64,000 nucleotides of DNA from Candidatus Latescibacterota bacterium (GTDB lineage: Bacteria; Latescibacterota; UBA2968; GCA-2709665): assembly GCA_965116875.1 (NCBI GenBank), contig OZ220733.1, forward strand, positions 483,767-547,766, given 5' to 3'. The position numbers and the translations under genes were made by a program. The notes under the pieces were generated by a model. It was given only the letters and a program-made list of their open reading frames with translations, was not told the DNA's origin and did no database searches. This document shows positions 9,525 to 19,835 of this stretch, in pieces (within the stretch, counting starts at the first letter, position 1; every line of letters starts with the position of its first letter).

Positions 9525-10496
9525 ATGTCGGATACGGTATTGTATCTCTCGAGAAATGACGTGGAAGCGGTGAATCTGTCGATGTCCGAAATCATCGACG
9601 GGCTGGACAGGATGTTTGTGGAAAAGGGACAAGACAAGGTGGAAATGCCTCCAAAACCGGGCATCCACACGCAACCGGATGCATTCATTCACGCGATGCC
9701 TGCGTATATACCGAGCCTTGAATCGGCGGGAATGAAGTGGGTGTCGGGATACCCTGAAAACCAGGCAAAGGGGTTGCCGTACATCACCGGGTTGTTGATT
9801 CTGAACGATCCCGAAACCGGCATTCCCACGTGCGTAATGGACTGTACGTGGATCACGGCGATGCGGACGGGTGCGGCCACCGCGGTCGCTGCGAAATACC
9901 TGGCGCGCAAGGACAGCTCGACGGTTGGCATTGTCGCCTGCGGCGTTCAGGGCCGCGGCAATCTCGAAGCGCTCTCGTGCGTATTCGATATCCGGGAAGT
10001 CAAGGCGTACGATCTCTACCCGGATCTCGCCGATCGATTTGCGGCGGAAATGGGACGCCGGCTGGATGTACGGATAGAGCCGGTACGAGAGGCCTCAGAA
10101 GCGGTCAGGGGTCTGGACATCGTGGTTACCAGCGGTCCGGTCCTGAGACATCCGGAACCCGTGGTTGGAATCGGCTGGTTGTCCGAGGGGTCGTTTGCGT
10201 GTCCGCTGGATTTCGATTCCTACTTCCGGGTCGATGCGTTTCGCGAGGCCGACAAACTTGCGTGCGACGATATCGGTCAGCTGGACTATTACCGCAAGAC
10301 CGGTTATTTCGGCGATACGCCCCAACCCTATGCCGACCTCGGGGAAATCGCCGCGGGACTGAAACCAGGACGGGAGTCGGCGAAGGAGCGCACGATTGCG
10401 ATCAATCTGGGCCTCGGCCTGGAGGACATGGCGACTGCAATTCTGGTTTACCGTCGTGCGGTGGAGCTGGAAATCGGAACCGGGTTACCGCTGTAA
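9525..10496 (+). CDS. Ornithine cyclodeaminase / mu-crystallin family protein
   Basis: 323 aa. TAMRTGAATAVAAKYLARKDSSTVGIVACGVQGRGNLEAL is the typical OCD/mu-crystallin Rossmann region. Confidence 0.85.
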   Translation: MSDTVLYLSRNDVEAVNLSMSEIIDGLDRMFVEKGQDKVEMPPKPGIHTQPDAFIHAMPAYIPSLESAGMKWVSGYPENQAKGLPYITGLLILNDPETGIPTCVMDCTWITAMRTGAATAVAAKYLARKDSSTVGIVACGVQGRGNLEALSCVFDIREVKAYDLYPDLADRFAAEMGRRLDVRIEPVREASEAVRGLDIVVTSGPVLRHPEPVVGIGWLSEGSFACPLDFDSYFRVDAFREADKLACDDIGQLDYYRKTGYFGDTPQPYADLGEIAAGLKPGRESAKERTIAINLGLGLEDMATAILVYRRAVELEIGTGLPL

Positions 10497-10531
10497 TCAG
10501 GCCGTTGGGATCACTATGACGGGGAGGCGCG

Positions 10532-11653
10532 ATGATTCGACAAACTGAGGACCCGGAAGAGATCGGGCTATCTGAAGAAGGCATGCGGACGGCATGCGGG
10601 ATCCTGGAGGAGGCGGTGGTCCGGGGAGAGTTGATGGGCGCCGCACTGCAGGTGTCACGGGGCGGCGTCGCCCTTCCGCCGGCGTGTTTCGGGCGCCGCA
10701 CCCTGGCCCCGGCCGGTTCTCCGGTTGCGCCGGATACACGATTCCTGGTTGCATCCATCACCAAGCCGATCGTCGCGGCGGCCGTCATGTTGCTCGTGGA
10801 GCGGGGCAAGGTCTGCCTGGACGACGCCGTGGCGGAGCTTGTGCCGGAGTTCGGTCAGGCGGGCAAGGAAGGCGTGCAGGTGCGGCATCTCCTGACCCAC
10901 ACGTCCGGACTGCCGGACATGCTCCCGCAGAATCTGGCGCTGCGGGCCGAGCATGCGCCGCTGGACGTCTTCATACAACACATTTGCGGGGTGGAACTGC
11001 TGTTTCAACCCGGGACGCGGATTTCCTATCAGAGTTGCGGTATTGCGATGCTTGGCGAGATTGTCCAGCGGATGGAGGCAGTACCCATCCGCACCTTCCT
11101 GAAACGTTCGTTCTTCGATCCGCTGGGACTCGAAAACACGTCGCTGGGTCTCCGGGAACGGAACGCGAGGGAGTCCGACGTGAAAATACACAGCGGGGAA
11201 TACGGCGAAGCGGACGCCGTGTCGTGGAACTGGAATTCCGACTACTGGCGCGGATTCGGCGCGCCATGGGGAGGGCTTTTGACGATACCGGCTGAAATGA
11301 CGGCGCTCTGTCAGGCCTTTCTGTACGGCGGATCGCTGAACGGAATCCGCATTCTGAGTCCGGCAACGGTTTCCGCGATGACAACTGACCAGACGTCAGC
11401 GATGCCGGACCTGGACCGGACCGACAGATTCCGGCAGCGCTGGGGGTTGGGATGGCGCCTGAAGGACCGGATGAGTTCAATCTTCGGCGATATGACTTCG
11501 GACGCAACCTTCGGACACGAGGGGGCGACCGGCACGGTGGCGTGGGTGGATCCCGAAACGGAGACGACGTGCGTATTGTTTACCAACGACCCCCATGGCG
11601 CCGCTCCTCTGCGTCCACGGGTGGGCAACGCGGTTGCGGCCTCGGTGATGTAG
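10532..11653 (+). CDS. Serine hydrolase, beta-lactamase/penicillin-binding (class C-like) family
   Basis: SxxK motif in FLVASITKPIVAAAVMLLVERGKV, then LLTHTSGLPD. 373 aa. Confidence 0.85.
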   Translation: MIRQTEDPEEIGLSEEGMRTACGILEEAVVRGELMGAALQVSRGGVALPPACFGRRTLAPAGSPVAPDTRFLVASITKPIVAAAVMLLVERGKVCLDDAVAELVPEFGQAGKEGVQVRHLLTHTSGLPDMLPQNLALRAEHAPLDVFIQHICGVELLFQPGTRISYQSCGIAMLGEIVQRMEAVPIRTFLKRSFFDPLGLENTSLGLRERNARESDVKIHSGEYGEADAVSWNWNSDYWRGFGAPWGGLLTIPAEMTALCQAFLYGGSLNGIRILSPATVSAMTTDQTSAMPDLDRTDRFRQRWGLGWRLKDRMSSIFGDMTSDATFGHEGATGTVAWVDPETETTCVLFTNDPHGAAPLRPRVGNAVAASVM

Positions 11654-11737
11654 TCGCGTACCGTACCGCGGCCACCTCCGTAGTTACGTTCTCTTCGTAG
11701 TTTCGTTCTTTCGTAGTCTCGTAGTTTCCGAGCAGTT

Positions 11738-12706
11738 CTATCCCTCGACGTGAACGTGGCCGAAGAGTGTGCTGACCGACTCGTCGTTGTGGATGCGGCG
11801 GATGGCTTCCGACAGGATGGAAGCGACGGAAAGCACCTTGATTTTTCCGTTCTGGACGTTTTCAGGCACCGGAATGGAATTTGAGACGACCAATTCGGTC
11901 AGGATGGAGTTTTCCACCCGCTCGACCGCGGGGCCGGCCAGTACGGGATGTACGATTACGGCGCTGATGTCGAGCGCGCCCTGTTTTCTCAGCGCCGTAG
12001 CGGCCTCAACGAGCGACCCGCCCGTAGAAATGAGGTCATCGATGATCACGGCGTTCTTTCCTTCCACGTCGCCGATAATGTTCAGAACTTCGGTCTGCGT
12101 TCCACTCGAGCGTCGTTTGTCTACAATGGCAAGGGGCGCGTCCAGCAGTTCGGAATAGGCCCGGGTCATTTTGATGTTGCCCACGTCGGGCGTGACCGTG
12201 ACCAGGTTTTCCATGCCTTTTTCCATCAGGTAGTTTCCAAAGACGTTGATGGAGTAGAGGTGGTCCATGGGGATGTCAAAAAATCCCTGGATCTGGTTGG
12301 AATGCAGATCCAGCGAAAGGACCCTTCTGGCGCCGGCCGTAACGACAAGGTTCCCGATCAGTTTGGCGGTTATTGGAACCCGCGGCCTGTCCTTCCGGTC
12401 CTGCCGGGCATACCCGTAATAGGGTAATACGGCAGTGATCCGCCGCGCGGAGGCCCGACGGGCCGCGTCGATGAGGATGAGGATTTCCATCAGGGCGTCG
12501 TTGGGCGTGAATTCCCCGTTACCACAGATGGGCTGAACGATATAGACGTCGTTGCCTCGCACGTTCTCCCGGATTTGAACGCCGGTTTCCCCTCCAGGGA
12601 AACTGACGACTTCGGCTTCTCCCAGAGTGATGTCGAGGTGTCGGCAGATCTCTTCGGCCAGGGGCCTGTTGATGTTGCCGGTGAAAATCTGACAGTCGTA
12701 TCCCAA
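11738..12706 (-). CDS. prs: Ribose-phosphate pyrophosphokinase
   Basis: IFTGNINRPLAEEICRHL, VYIVQP, LPYYGYARQDRK and the PRPP-binding loop AVIIDDLISTGGSL. Track ORF extends to 12802. I prefer TTG at 12706, which is preceded by AAGGAGG with an 8-nt spacer and gives a typical ~322-aa Prs. Confidence 0.9.
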   Translation of the reverse strand: MGYDCQIFTGNINRPLAEEICRHLDITLGEAEVVSFPGGETGVQIRENVRGNDVYIVQPICGNGEFTPNDALMEILILIDAARRASARRITAVLPYYGYARQDRKDRPRVPITAKLIGNLVVTAGARRVLSLDLHSNQIQGFFDIPMDHLYSINVFGNYLMEKGMENLVTVTPDVGNIKMTRAYSELLDAPLAIVDKRRSSGTQTEVLNIIGDVEGKNAVIIDDLISTGGSLVEAATALRKQGALDISAVIVHPVLAGPAVERVENSILTELVVSNSIPVPENVQNGKIKVLSVASILSEAIRRIHNDESVSTLFGHVHVEG

Positions 12707-12803
12707 AACGTCAGCCTCCTTCGGGGAGTTCGAGTCGCGGAATTGAAGAAATTTCCCGGGGAAGAACAGATGGAATATATAAACCGTCTGACGGTGGATC
12801 AAT

Positions 12804-13532
12804 ATGTTTCAAATCCTCTACCAGGACGACTGCTACGTTGCCGTTGACAAACCGAGCGGCATTTTCGTACACCCGACCCGCCTGGGGCGACGGGAACCCG
12901 ACTGCATGTCCCGCCTGGGCCGGCAACTGGGTCGTCCCGTTTTTACGATTCACAGGTTGGACCGCGCCACCTCCGGCGTGCTTCTCTTCGCGCTGAGTTC
13001 CGAGGCGGCCCGGAAAATGTGCCTCCTGTTCGAAGAACGACGCATCCGCAAGGAATACCTGGCCGTGGTTCGGGGGTTTGCGCCCGAAGCCGGACGGGTC
13101 GATCACGCCCTGCGCAGACACCGGAAAAACTCAGCGGTGGATGCGGTTACCGACTTTGTACGGGTAGGAACGGCCGAACTACAGGAGCCGGTTGGCAGAC
13201 ATGAAACAGCGCGCTTCTCACTGGTACGGGCGGTGCCTCAGACCGGCCGCATGCACCAGATCCGGAGACACATGGCCCATATCTCCCATCCCGTTCTCGG
13301 CGACACCAGGTACGGCGACGGCGCGCAGAACCGGTTCTTTCGCGCCCGGTTCGGTGTGCGCCGTCTGGCGCTTGTGGCCGTCCGCCTCGCGTTTCTGCAC
13401 CCATATACCGGGGAAGATGTTTCAGTCGTTGCGGAACCTTCGGAGGATCTCAGGGCGACGTTCGCCGGGTTGGGCTGGAACGCGTCGTTGGCGGCCTGCT
13501 CTCATTCGCCCCTGGCTTCCTCTACGCTTTGA
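12804..13532 (+). CDS. truC: RluA-family pseudouridine synthase, TruC-like
   Basis: MFQILYQDDCYVAVDKPSGIFVH...HRLDRATSGVLLFALSSEAA...GRMHQIRRHMAHISHPVLGDTRYGD aligns along its whole length with my memory of E. coli TruC. Confidence 0.8.
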   Translation: MFQILYQDDCYVAVDKPSGIFVHPTRLGRREPDCMSRLGRQLGRPVFTIHRLDRATSGVLLFALSSEAARKMCLLFEERRIRKEYLAVVRGFAPEAGRVDHALRRHRKNSAVDAVTDFVRVGTAELQEPVGRHETARFSLVRAVPQTGRMHQIRRHMAHISHPVLGDTRYGDGAQNRFFRARFGVRRLALVAVRLAFLHPYTGEDVSVVAEPSEDLRATFAGLGWNASLAACSHSPLASSTL

Positions 13533-14566
13533 GGCCGCCCCGAAACATCCCCGCCGGCCCACCTGTACAGCCTGGGAAACAGCGATAGCGTTCGATCCTC
13601 GAGCGGCAGCCTTACGGGCGCGCTGTTGCCGCGCACCGATTGTCTGGACGCAATGGACACCTCGAGGGCCTGTCGCAGATCATGGCCGGTAATCCACGGT
13701 TCACCCTGCCCCCGTACTGCCGCCAGGAAAGAACGGAGCGATCCGGTCAGATATTGATACTCGCGCCATTCATAAGGCTCATAGGCCGTTTGCTCTCTGA
13801 TGCGACGTCCTGCTTGATCAAATCCCGTGTAGACCTCCGGCGGCGCCCAGTTCCATCGCACCAGAGAATCATCGGTCCACACGTCCACGCCGCCGTGCGG
13901 CGTTGGCATGCCGAACACGGCACAATCGATGCCCGAACTCATGCGAAACCATCCATGAACAACCAGACCCTCATCCGTTTCCGCAGCCAGCGCCTCCTCC
14001 GCCGCTCCCCAGGCCATGACTTCCTCCACTTCCGCATCGGCAAACAGCCTGAGTACCGATATATGCTGACAACAACCGCCCGAAATCTCACCGCCGAATC
14101 CGTGGACGCTGGCCCCTCTCAAAACGCCGAATTCACCGGCGCGAATCCGTCCCGCCGCCTCCTGCACCTCGTGCATCGCCCGCTGCAGATTGCCCCCGCC
14201 GAACACAACGTCCCGTTTTTTGCAGACGTCGACCATCTCGTCCGCATCGGCCAGCAGACCGGCGATGGGCTTCTCCGCCGTCACCCCTTTTACGCCCGCC
14301 TGCGCGCACGCCACCACGGCATCTTTAATATACTTTACCGGTGTCACCACGGAGGCCACGTGGGGAACCTCGTCTCGCAGCAGGGCCTCCGCGTCCGGGT
14401 ACAGCGCCCCAACCCCGAATCGCTCGCCCACCGCGCGGCGTCGTTCCGCGTTGACCTCGGCGATGGCGACGAGTTCCGTATCCGGATAGGCCGAAAATGC
14501 TTCTGCGTAAACCTGGCCCATACGACCGCATCCGATGACCGCTGCTCGTAATCTGACGTCACTCAT
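13502..14566 (-). CDS. Gfo/Idh/MocA family oxidoreductase
   Basis: LRAAVIGCGRMGQVYAEAFSAYPDTELVAIAEVNAERRRAVGERFGV. 354 aa. Its 3' end overlaps the convergent truC-like gene by about 31 nt. Confidence 0.85.
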   Translation of the reverse strand: MSDVRLRAAVIGCGRMGQVYAEAFSAYPDTELVAIAEVNAERRRAVGERFGVGALYPDAEALLRDEVPHVASVVTPVKYIKDAVVACAQAGVKGVTAEKPIAGLLADADEMVDVCKKRDVVFGGGNLQRAMHEVQEAAGRIRAGEFGVLRGASVHGFGGEISGGCCQHISVLRLFADAEVEEVMAWGAAEEALAAETDEGLVVHGWFRMSSGIDCAVFGMPTPHGGVDVWTDDSLVRWNWAPPEVYTGFDQAGRRIREQTAYEPYEWREYQYLTGSLRSFLAAVRGQGEPWITGHDLRQALEVSIASRQSVRGNSAPVRLPLEDRTLSLFPRLYRWAGGDVSGRPQSVEEARGE

Positions 14567-14659
14567 CGTTCTCTCCCCTGCTTACAGAGTTCGCCCGCAA
14601 GCGGTCCCCCCTCTGAGGGGGCAACGATACAGGAATAATCACACCGCGGTGTCATCTGC

Positions 14660-15613
14660 ATGCACGTGAACCCGAAACAGATCTCGATGATGCGAAGCGG
14701 CGCGATCGGAGACTTCGTACTGACGCTGCCGGGGGTGAACGCGCTGCGCACGGCATACCCGCGCTCAACCCTCCGACTCATCGGCAACCCGTCGATTCTC
14801 CGCCTCGCCAGCGTGGAAAACGTCGTCGACATCAACAGCGCCGAAGTCGCAGGTCTATATAATCCTGAGGGGCCGGTTCCCGAACGTACACGCGCGCTCT
14901 TCTCGGATGTCGATCTTCTTCTGGCCTACGCCGTCGACCCGGGCTGCCGCCTTCAGTCCCGCCTCGCTGAAATCGTCCGCGGCCGGGCCATCGTATTCGA
15001 TCCACGCCCGAAAGGAGACGTCCACATCGTAGAACACCTCCTGGCGCCGTTGCGAAGGATGTGCATACCCGTGTCCGATCCGATGCCTCGCATCCGTCCG
15101 GCCGCCAATGAACTGGCTTACGCGGGCGAGATCCTTAAAAAACACGGTCTTTCCTCCCCCCTGGTGGCCATTCACCCCGGAAGCGGGGGCCGGGAGAAGT
15201 GCTGGCCGTTGACTTCCTATTTGGAGCTCGCCCGCAGACTCCGCATTCGCGGCGCGTGCGTTATCGCCGCATGCGGCCCCGTGGAACGGGGCGCGGTCGA
15301 TGAACTGAAGGCTCACGTTCCCTGCCAGGTTCCCCGGGACCTTCGCAGCCTTGCCGCCCTGCTGCAGGGCGCCGACCTCTTCATTGGAAACGACTCCGGA
15401 CCGGGACACATCGCAGCGGCGGTCGACACCCCCACGCTCACCCTGTTCGGGCCTACCGACGCGGAAACATGGTCGCCGCGGCATCCCCTCGCCCGGATAC
15501 TGAAGGCACCGGACGGCCGCCTTCCTGACCTATCGGTCGAATCCGTGCTGAACGCCGCACTCGAACAGCTTGTAACTGAACCACCACCGCCGCCGGCGTC
15601 ATTCGGACCATAA
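14660..15613 (+). CDS. Glycosyltransferase family 9 (heptosyltransferase-like)
   Basis: GAIGDFVLTLPGVNALRTAYP..., VAIHPGSGGREKCWP, LFIGNDSGPGHIAAAVDTPTLTLFGPTD. Confidence 0.85.
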   Translation: MHVNPKQISMMRSGAIGDFVLTLPGVNALRTAYPRSTLRLIGNPSILRLASVENVVDINSAEVAGLYNPEGPVPERTRALFSDVDLLLAYAVDPGCRLQSRLAEIVRGRAIVFDPRPKGDVHIVEHLLAPLRRMCIPVSDPMPRIRPAANELAYAGEILKKHGLSSPLVAIHPGSGGREKCWPLTSYLELARRLRIRGACVIAACGPVERGAVDELKAHVPCQVPRDLRSLAALLQGADLFIGNDSGPGHIAAAVDTPTLTLFGPTDAETWSPRHPLARILKAPDGRLPDLSVESVLNAALEQLVTEPPPPPASFGP

Positions 15614-15754
15614 TCCGTTCCAACGTGATTCTGCTATCGGTCAATGGCATTGGATTTGACAGCCTGGGACCAATGTGCCATATTAAGTTCCGACATCAAT
15701 AGCATTTTGGCGTCGTCTTTGCATGTCGCACGTGACGAAGGCAAGGAGATAAAA

Positions 15755-16717
15755 ATGAACGCCCTGCTCGATCTGACCTTTCGCGGGAATCCAATCGCGG
15801 GATCCGTCAATGACACGGGCGAGTTGCGGCGGTCGGACGACATTCTGCACGATCCTGCCGCACTGCACGACCGAATGGCGGACGACGGCTACCTCTACAT
15901 GCCCGGACTCCTCGACCCTGAGGAATCGCTGGCGGCGCGGCTGGAAGTGATGAAGCGCCTCGCCGGCCTGGGCTCGGTGGATGAAACCCTTCCACTCATC
16001 GAGGGGAGGTACAAACCGGGCGGCGGGCTTGGTGCCATGTTCGACTTCACGCTCGACAATCCGGAACTGATGAAACTCCTCTACGACGGGCCCATGATCC
16101 GGTTCTACGAACGATTCCTGGGAGGACCCGTCACCCATTTCGACTATACATGGTTCCGGGTCAAGGCGCCGGGAACCGCGTCTCCCACCCAACCCCACTA
16201 CGACGTTGTCTACATGGGACGAGGAACCCCGAACCTCTACACCTCCTGGACCCCGCTGGGGGACGTCCCTTTCGAAATGGGCGGCCTGATCATCCTGGAG
16301 AATTCACACAAGTGCGAACGCCTGCGGCACACCTACGCGCGGACCGACGTCGACAAATACTGCGAGAATGAAAACGAAGCCGGACGCATCGTTGAAACCG
16401 CCAGGATTCAGAAGCGCGACCTGACCGGCGAGGAACAGTCCCGCATCCGATGGAATTCCACCGGTTCGTATGCCTCCGACGCCATTCAGGCTCGTAACGA
16501 AATCGGCGGCCGGTGGCTGACGGCAGACTACAAACTGGGTGACGTGCTTGTCTTTTCGATGCACACGCTGCACGCCAGCTCAGACAACCGCACCGACCGG
16601 ATCCGCATCTCCTCGGACTCCCGCTATCAACTCGCCTCCGAACCGCAGGACGAACGCTGGATCGGAACCCGTCCGGCGGCGCATGGCATTCGCGCGAAAC
16701 AGGGCATGATCTGCTGA
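15755..16717 (+). CDS. Phytanoyl-CoA dioxygenase (PhyH) family oxygenase
   Basis: Track ORF starts at 15644. The ATG at 15755 has AAGGAG 6 nt upstream. HYD facial-triad motif (PTQPHYDVVYMG), IILENSHK, VFSMHTLHASSDNRTDRIRIS. Confidence 0.8.
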   Translation: MNALLDLTFRGNPIAGSVNDTGELRRSDDILHDPAALHDRMADDGYLYMPGLLDPEESLAARLEVMKRLAGLGSVDETLPLIEGRYKPGGGLGAMFDFTLDNPELMKLLYDGPMIRFYERFLGGPVTHFDYTWFRVKAPGTASPTQPHYDVVYMGRGTPNLYTSWTPLGDVPFEMGGLIILENSHKCERLRHTYARTDVDKYCENENEAGRIVETARIQKRDLTGEEQSRIRWNSTGSYASDAIQARNEIGGRWLTADYKLGDVLVFSMHTLHASSDNRTDRIRISSDSRYQLASEPQDERWIGTRPAAHGIRAKQGMIC

Positions 16718-16721
16718 CCCT

Positions 16722-16812
16722 CAGCCGTCCGTTGATAAAGTCGCTCTGCAGGCCTGCCGGAGAAGTCCTGGCAGGCAGGTAGCCCGGATGGGCTTTTTCA
16801 ACGGGCTGTTAG
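16722..16812 (+). repeat. Family-A intergenic palindromic element, long form (copy A2)
   Basis: GTCCGTTGATAAAGTCGCTCTGCAGGCCTGCCGGAGAAGTCCTGGCAGGCAGGTAGCCCGGATGGGCTTTTTCAACGGGCTGTTAG. Lies between convergent genes. Outer arms plus an inner GCCTGCC/GGCAGGC hairpin. Confidence 0.85.
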
Positions 16813-16822
16813 AACCGGTCTT

Positions 16823-18745
16823 TCAGTCTCCCTCCTTCGAGCCGCGTTCCTGCATCTGCCGCACAAACGAGTTTTCCGAATATCCGCCACGCACAGCCCT
16901 GAAGTCTGCCTCGACTTCGTCCGCGCCACCATCGGCGCCATATCCGATTGCCGCCGCGGCGCCAAACTCCTTTTCCGCGTCCGCCAGCACCCTTCTCGTG
17001 GCCGATGCGCGCAGTTTCCCACGCGCGGCGCCCAATTCCTTCAGGTCCTGTGCTGTCAGCGCTTCCACGGAGGCGCCGGTTCGGTCACGGTACGTACGGC
17101 GCACCCATGCCCACTCATCCCTCTCGTACATCCCGTCGGCCAACGCGAATGCCGCATGGAACGCCGCCACCGTGCTCACGTCTCTTGAGACGATATCCGT
17201 TTCGATCTTCTCCAGGCGCGCCCCCGCAAGCAATAAACCGCCCACGTCCGCCCAGCACGCATCGTATACCTCCCCTTCGGACGGACCCAATCCCTTTCCG
17301 TCCGCCACCCGCTGAAGGATCGTTTCAATCAGGTACAGGTCGATCGCAGCCGCATAGCTCCTGATGCCGTGGCGCAGGACCAGGCGCCGGATCCTCACGC
17401 CGTTGTGGCGCACGTGCTCCACGTCTCGCGGTGTTTTGTCATACAAAGCGGTGAGAAGCGCCTCGCCCCGCTTCATTCGCTCGACCGTATAGGGACTGAA
17501 CACTTCGTACCGGATTCTGTCGCGCCTGTCGGATGCCGTCCGCCGGTCCCGGTTCGGCCACTTGTCGCCGTCGCGAACGGTACCTGCCGTGTGCAGGTTC
17601 ATCGCAGGCGTGAGAAAACTCGCGCCCCTTTCCTCGACGAGGTACGAAAACGGTAAATCCCGGGTATCGAAGTTCGTCATGTGCTTGCCGATGACGACCG
17701 TGAACGGTCCGACCGCGCTCGGCAGGAGCATATAGGATGACGACCCCGTCTTGCTTCCTCGTTCGAGTATACCCTGGTGTACGGGGCCCAGCTTATACAT
17801 GTGGTTGCTCTGGTTCGTCCCGCTTCCGGCATTGTAGAACGAATAGAGTCCCGCAATCAGAAGCGTGCTTTTGTGGTGCGTTACCGTGTAGGGACCGCCG
17901 AACACAGCGCAGGCTTCGCCGTTATAGCACTCCGAATTGGCGAAAAAGAGGGAATTCTCGGCCGAAAACTGCTTTCCAACCTGGACGCCCTGCCCGATAA
18001 AGCACCGGGACAGGATTGCGCCGCTTTCCACACTGGAGCCTTCCGCGATGATGAAATCCTCGGCCACAACGGACGCGCCGACTCGCGAACGCGCGTCCGT
18101 TTCACTCAATACGGTTCCGTTCTTCAGCATGGCCGCACCGACGACCTCCGCGCAGCAACCGATGTTTACATCCTGAATCTCATTTACATGCGCGACGACG
18201 GCGCGTTCGCCAACCACGCCCGTATCCGAGGTGACGTCCGCGATGTACGCATCGACCATCTCCTGCAGGCGCAACGTCATCTCCGTCCGGTACCGGTGCA
18301 TGCTCATCACGTATGCGAACTGGCTGGACATCTCGTTGAACATCGGCACCTCGCGCCCGCCACCCTCGTTAACGGTTTCCAAAACCACACCGTTTCCGAA
18401 TACCGCACCGGCACGCGTCACCATCTGCCCGACGTCCGTTACGACCGCACCCTCGCCGATCCTGTAGTTCGCGAGGAGACCGCGAACCCGGGTCACCCGC
18501 ACGTTGTCGCCCAGTACGCAATCAATCAGGGTTGCGTCCGAGATTTCCGCCGGTAAATCCGCGCCGGCAAAGGACACGTCTCCCTCCACGACGCCCAGCT
18601 TGTTCTGTCCGTAGAATCCGACACACCTCACCCGATCCGGTTTGAATCCGTGCTTCACTTCGACCCTGGACCAATCCGGGGATTCGCACCCGTTCCGTTC
18701 CAGTTCCTCGACCTCGGCCCGCGAAAGCGCCCGATAGCCATCCAT
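16823..18745 (-). CDS. Left-handed beta-helix (hexapeptide-repeat) protein, DUF4954-like
   Basis: 640 aa. The N-terminus YRALSRAEVEELERNGCESPDWSRVEVKHGFKPDRVRCVGFYG resembles my memory of the DUF4954 family. The central region has isoleucine-patch-like periodicity. The family assignment is from memory only. Confidence 0.5.
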   Translation of the reverse strand: MDGYRALSRAEVEELERNGCESPDWSRVEVKHGFKPDRVRCVGFYGQNKLGVVEGDVSFAGADLPAEISDATLIDCVLGDNVRVTRVRGLLANYRIGEGAVVTDVGQMVTRAGAVFGNGVVLETVNEGGGREVPMFNEMSSQFAYVMSMHRYRTEMTLRLQEMVDAYIADVTSDTGVVGERAVVAHVNEIQDVNIGCCAEVVGAAMLKNGTVLSETDARSRVGASVVAEDFIIAEGSSVESGAILSRCFIGQGVQVGKQFSAENSLFFANSECYNGEACAVFGGPYTVTHHKSTLLIAGLYSFYNAGSGTNQSNHMYKLGPVHQGILERGSKTGSSSYMLLPSAVGPFTVVIGKHMTNFDTRDLPFSYLVEERGASFLTPAMNLHTAGTVRDGDKWPNRDRRTASDRRDRIRYEVFSPYTVERMKRGEALLTALYDKTPRDVEHVRHNGVRIRRLVLRHGIRSYAAAIDLYLIETILQRVADGKGLGPSEGEVYDACWADVGGLLLAGARLEKIETDIVSRDVSTVAAFHAAFALADGMYERDEWAWVRRTYRDRTGASVEALTAQDLKELGAARGKLRASATRRVLADAEKEFGAAAAIGYGADGGADEVEADFRAVRGGYSENSFVRQMQERGSKEGD

Positions 18746-19001
18746 GTGTGAATTCTCCTTCCCATCTCAGTTCATCGGTGCGTATCTTGCTGAAAAACCG
18801 GTCATTATCGAATCAGGAGGGCGGGTAAGATATCCTGCGCCGCATCCGACGGCAAGCGTTTTCTGCCGAATTCCCGTCCGGTTCCGCACCTCCCGGTTCG
18901 AGGGCAAAAACCTTTACTTCAATCCGGCCATTTGGTATATTGTCTTTCCTTTTCAGGCAGCCGCCAATCCAGAATACAGCGTTCCACGACGGGAGTACCG
19001 G

Positions 19002-19754
19002 ATGTCCGGCAGCATCAAACTCGAAGTCTGCGACACGAGCGCCGACGTAGCGGACAAAGCGTCGGAAACCATCGCAGATCTGATCCGCACAACACCGAAT
19101 GCGGTGATCGGCCTGGCCACGGGATCCACACCGGAACAGACCTACGCGAGACTTTCCGATTTGCATCGTAACGAGGGTCTCCGATTCGTCAGGGTGACCT
19201 CCTTCAACCTGGACGAATACTGGGGCCTCGACGGCGATCACGATCAGAGCTACCGTTATTTCATGAACGACCGCCTTTTTCGGAAGATCGACATTCAACC
19301 CTGGAATACCCATGTCCTGAACGGTACCGCCGTCAATCCCGAATTGGAGTGCAGGGCCTTCGAGACGAAAATCCTTGCGGCAGGCGGCATCGACCTGTGG
19401 CTGCTCGGTATCGGCACCAACGGTCATATCGCATTCAACGAACCCGGTAGCGCCGTTGACAGCCGCACGCGTCTCGTCAACCTTGCGCCGAGTACGATTG
19501 CCGCGAACAGTGACGGCCGTTTCTTCAAGGATGCCGCCAGTGTCCCCCGATTCGCCCTCTCGGCCGGAATCGGTACCATTCGGGAGGCACGGCGTATTCT
19601 TCTGCTGGCCACCGGATCCGGGAAGGCAGATGCCGTTGCGCAGTCCCTGGAAGGACCGCCATCAACGGACTGCCCGGCCAGCCTTCTGCAGAGCCACCCG
19701 GACTGCACGTTCATCGTGGACCGCGAAGCGGCTTCCAGGCTTGGATCCGGTTGA
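19002..19754 (+). CDS. nagB: Glucosamine-6-phosphate deaminase
   Basis: Track ORF starts at 18744, but homology begins at the Met at 19002. VIGLATGSTPEQTY, FNLDEYWGL and LLGIGTNGHIAFNEPGS are classic NagB motifs. Confidence 0.88.
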   Translation: MSGSIKLEVCDTSADVADKASETIADLIRTTPNAVIGLATGSTPEQTYARLSDLHRNEGLRFVRVTSFNLDEYWGLDGDHDQSYRYFMNDRLFRKIDIQPWNTHVLNGTAVNPELECRAFETKILAAGGIDLWLLGIGTNGHIAFNEPGSAVDSRTRLVNLAPSTIAANSDGRFFKDAASVPRFALSAGIGTIREARRILLLATGSGKADAVAQSLEGPPSTDCPASLLQSHPDCTFIVDREAASRLGSG

Positions 19755-19835
19755 ATCCGAACGCAAACACCATCCGTCGCGCCGCAGCGCAACGGGACTA
19801 CCTTCCAGTTTCTCCGCATTTTCAGGGAGCGTCAA

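Noticed and set aside
16722-16812. Family-A elements as simple Rho-independent terminators
   Set aside because: None of the copies is followed by a T-run. One copy (51062) sits upstream of a gene start and one half copy overlaps a start codon. Contrast the genuine terminator at 52481-52513.
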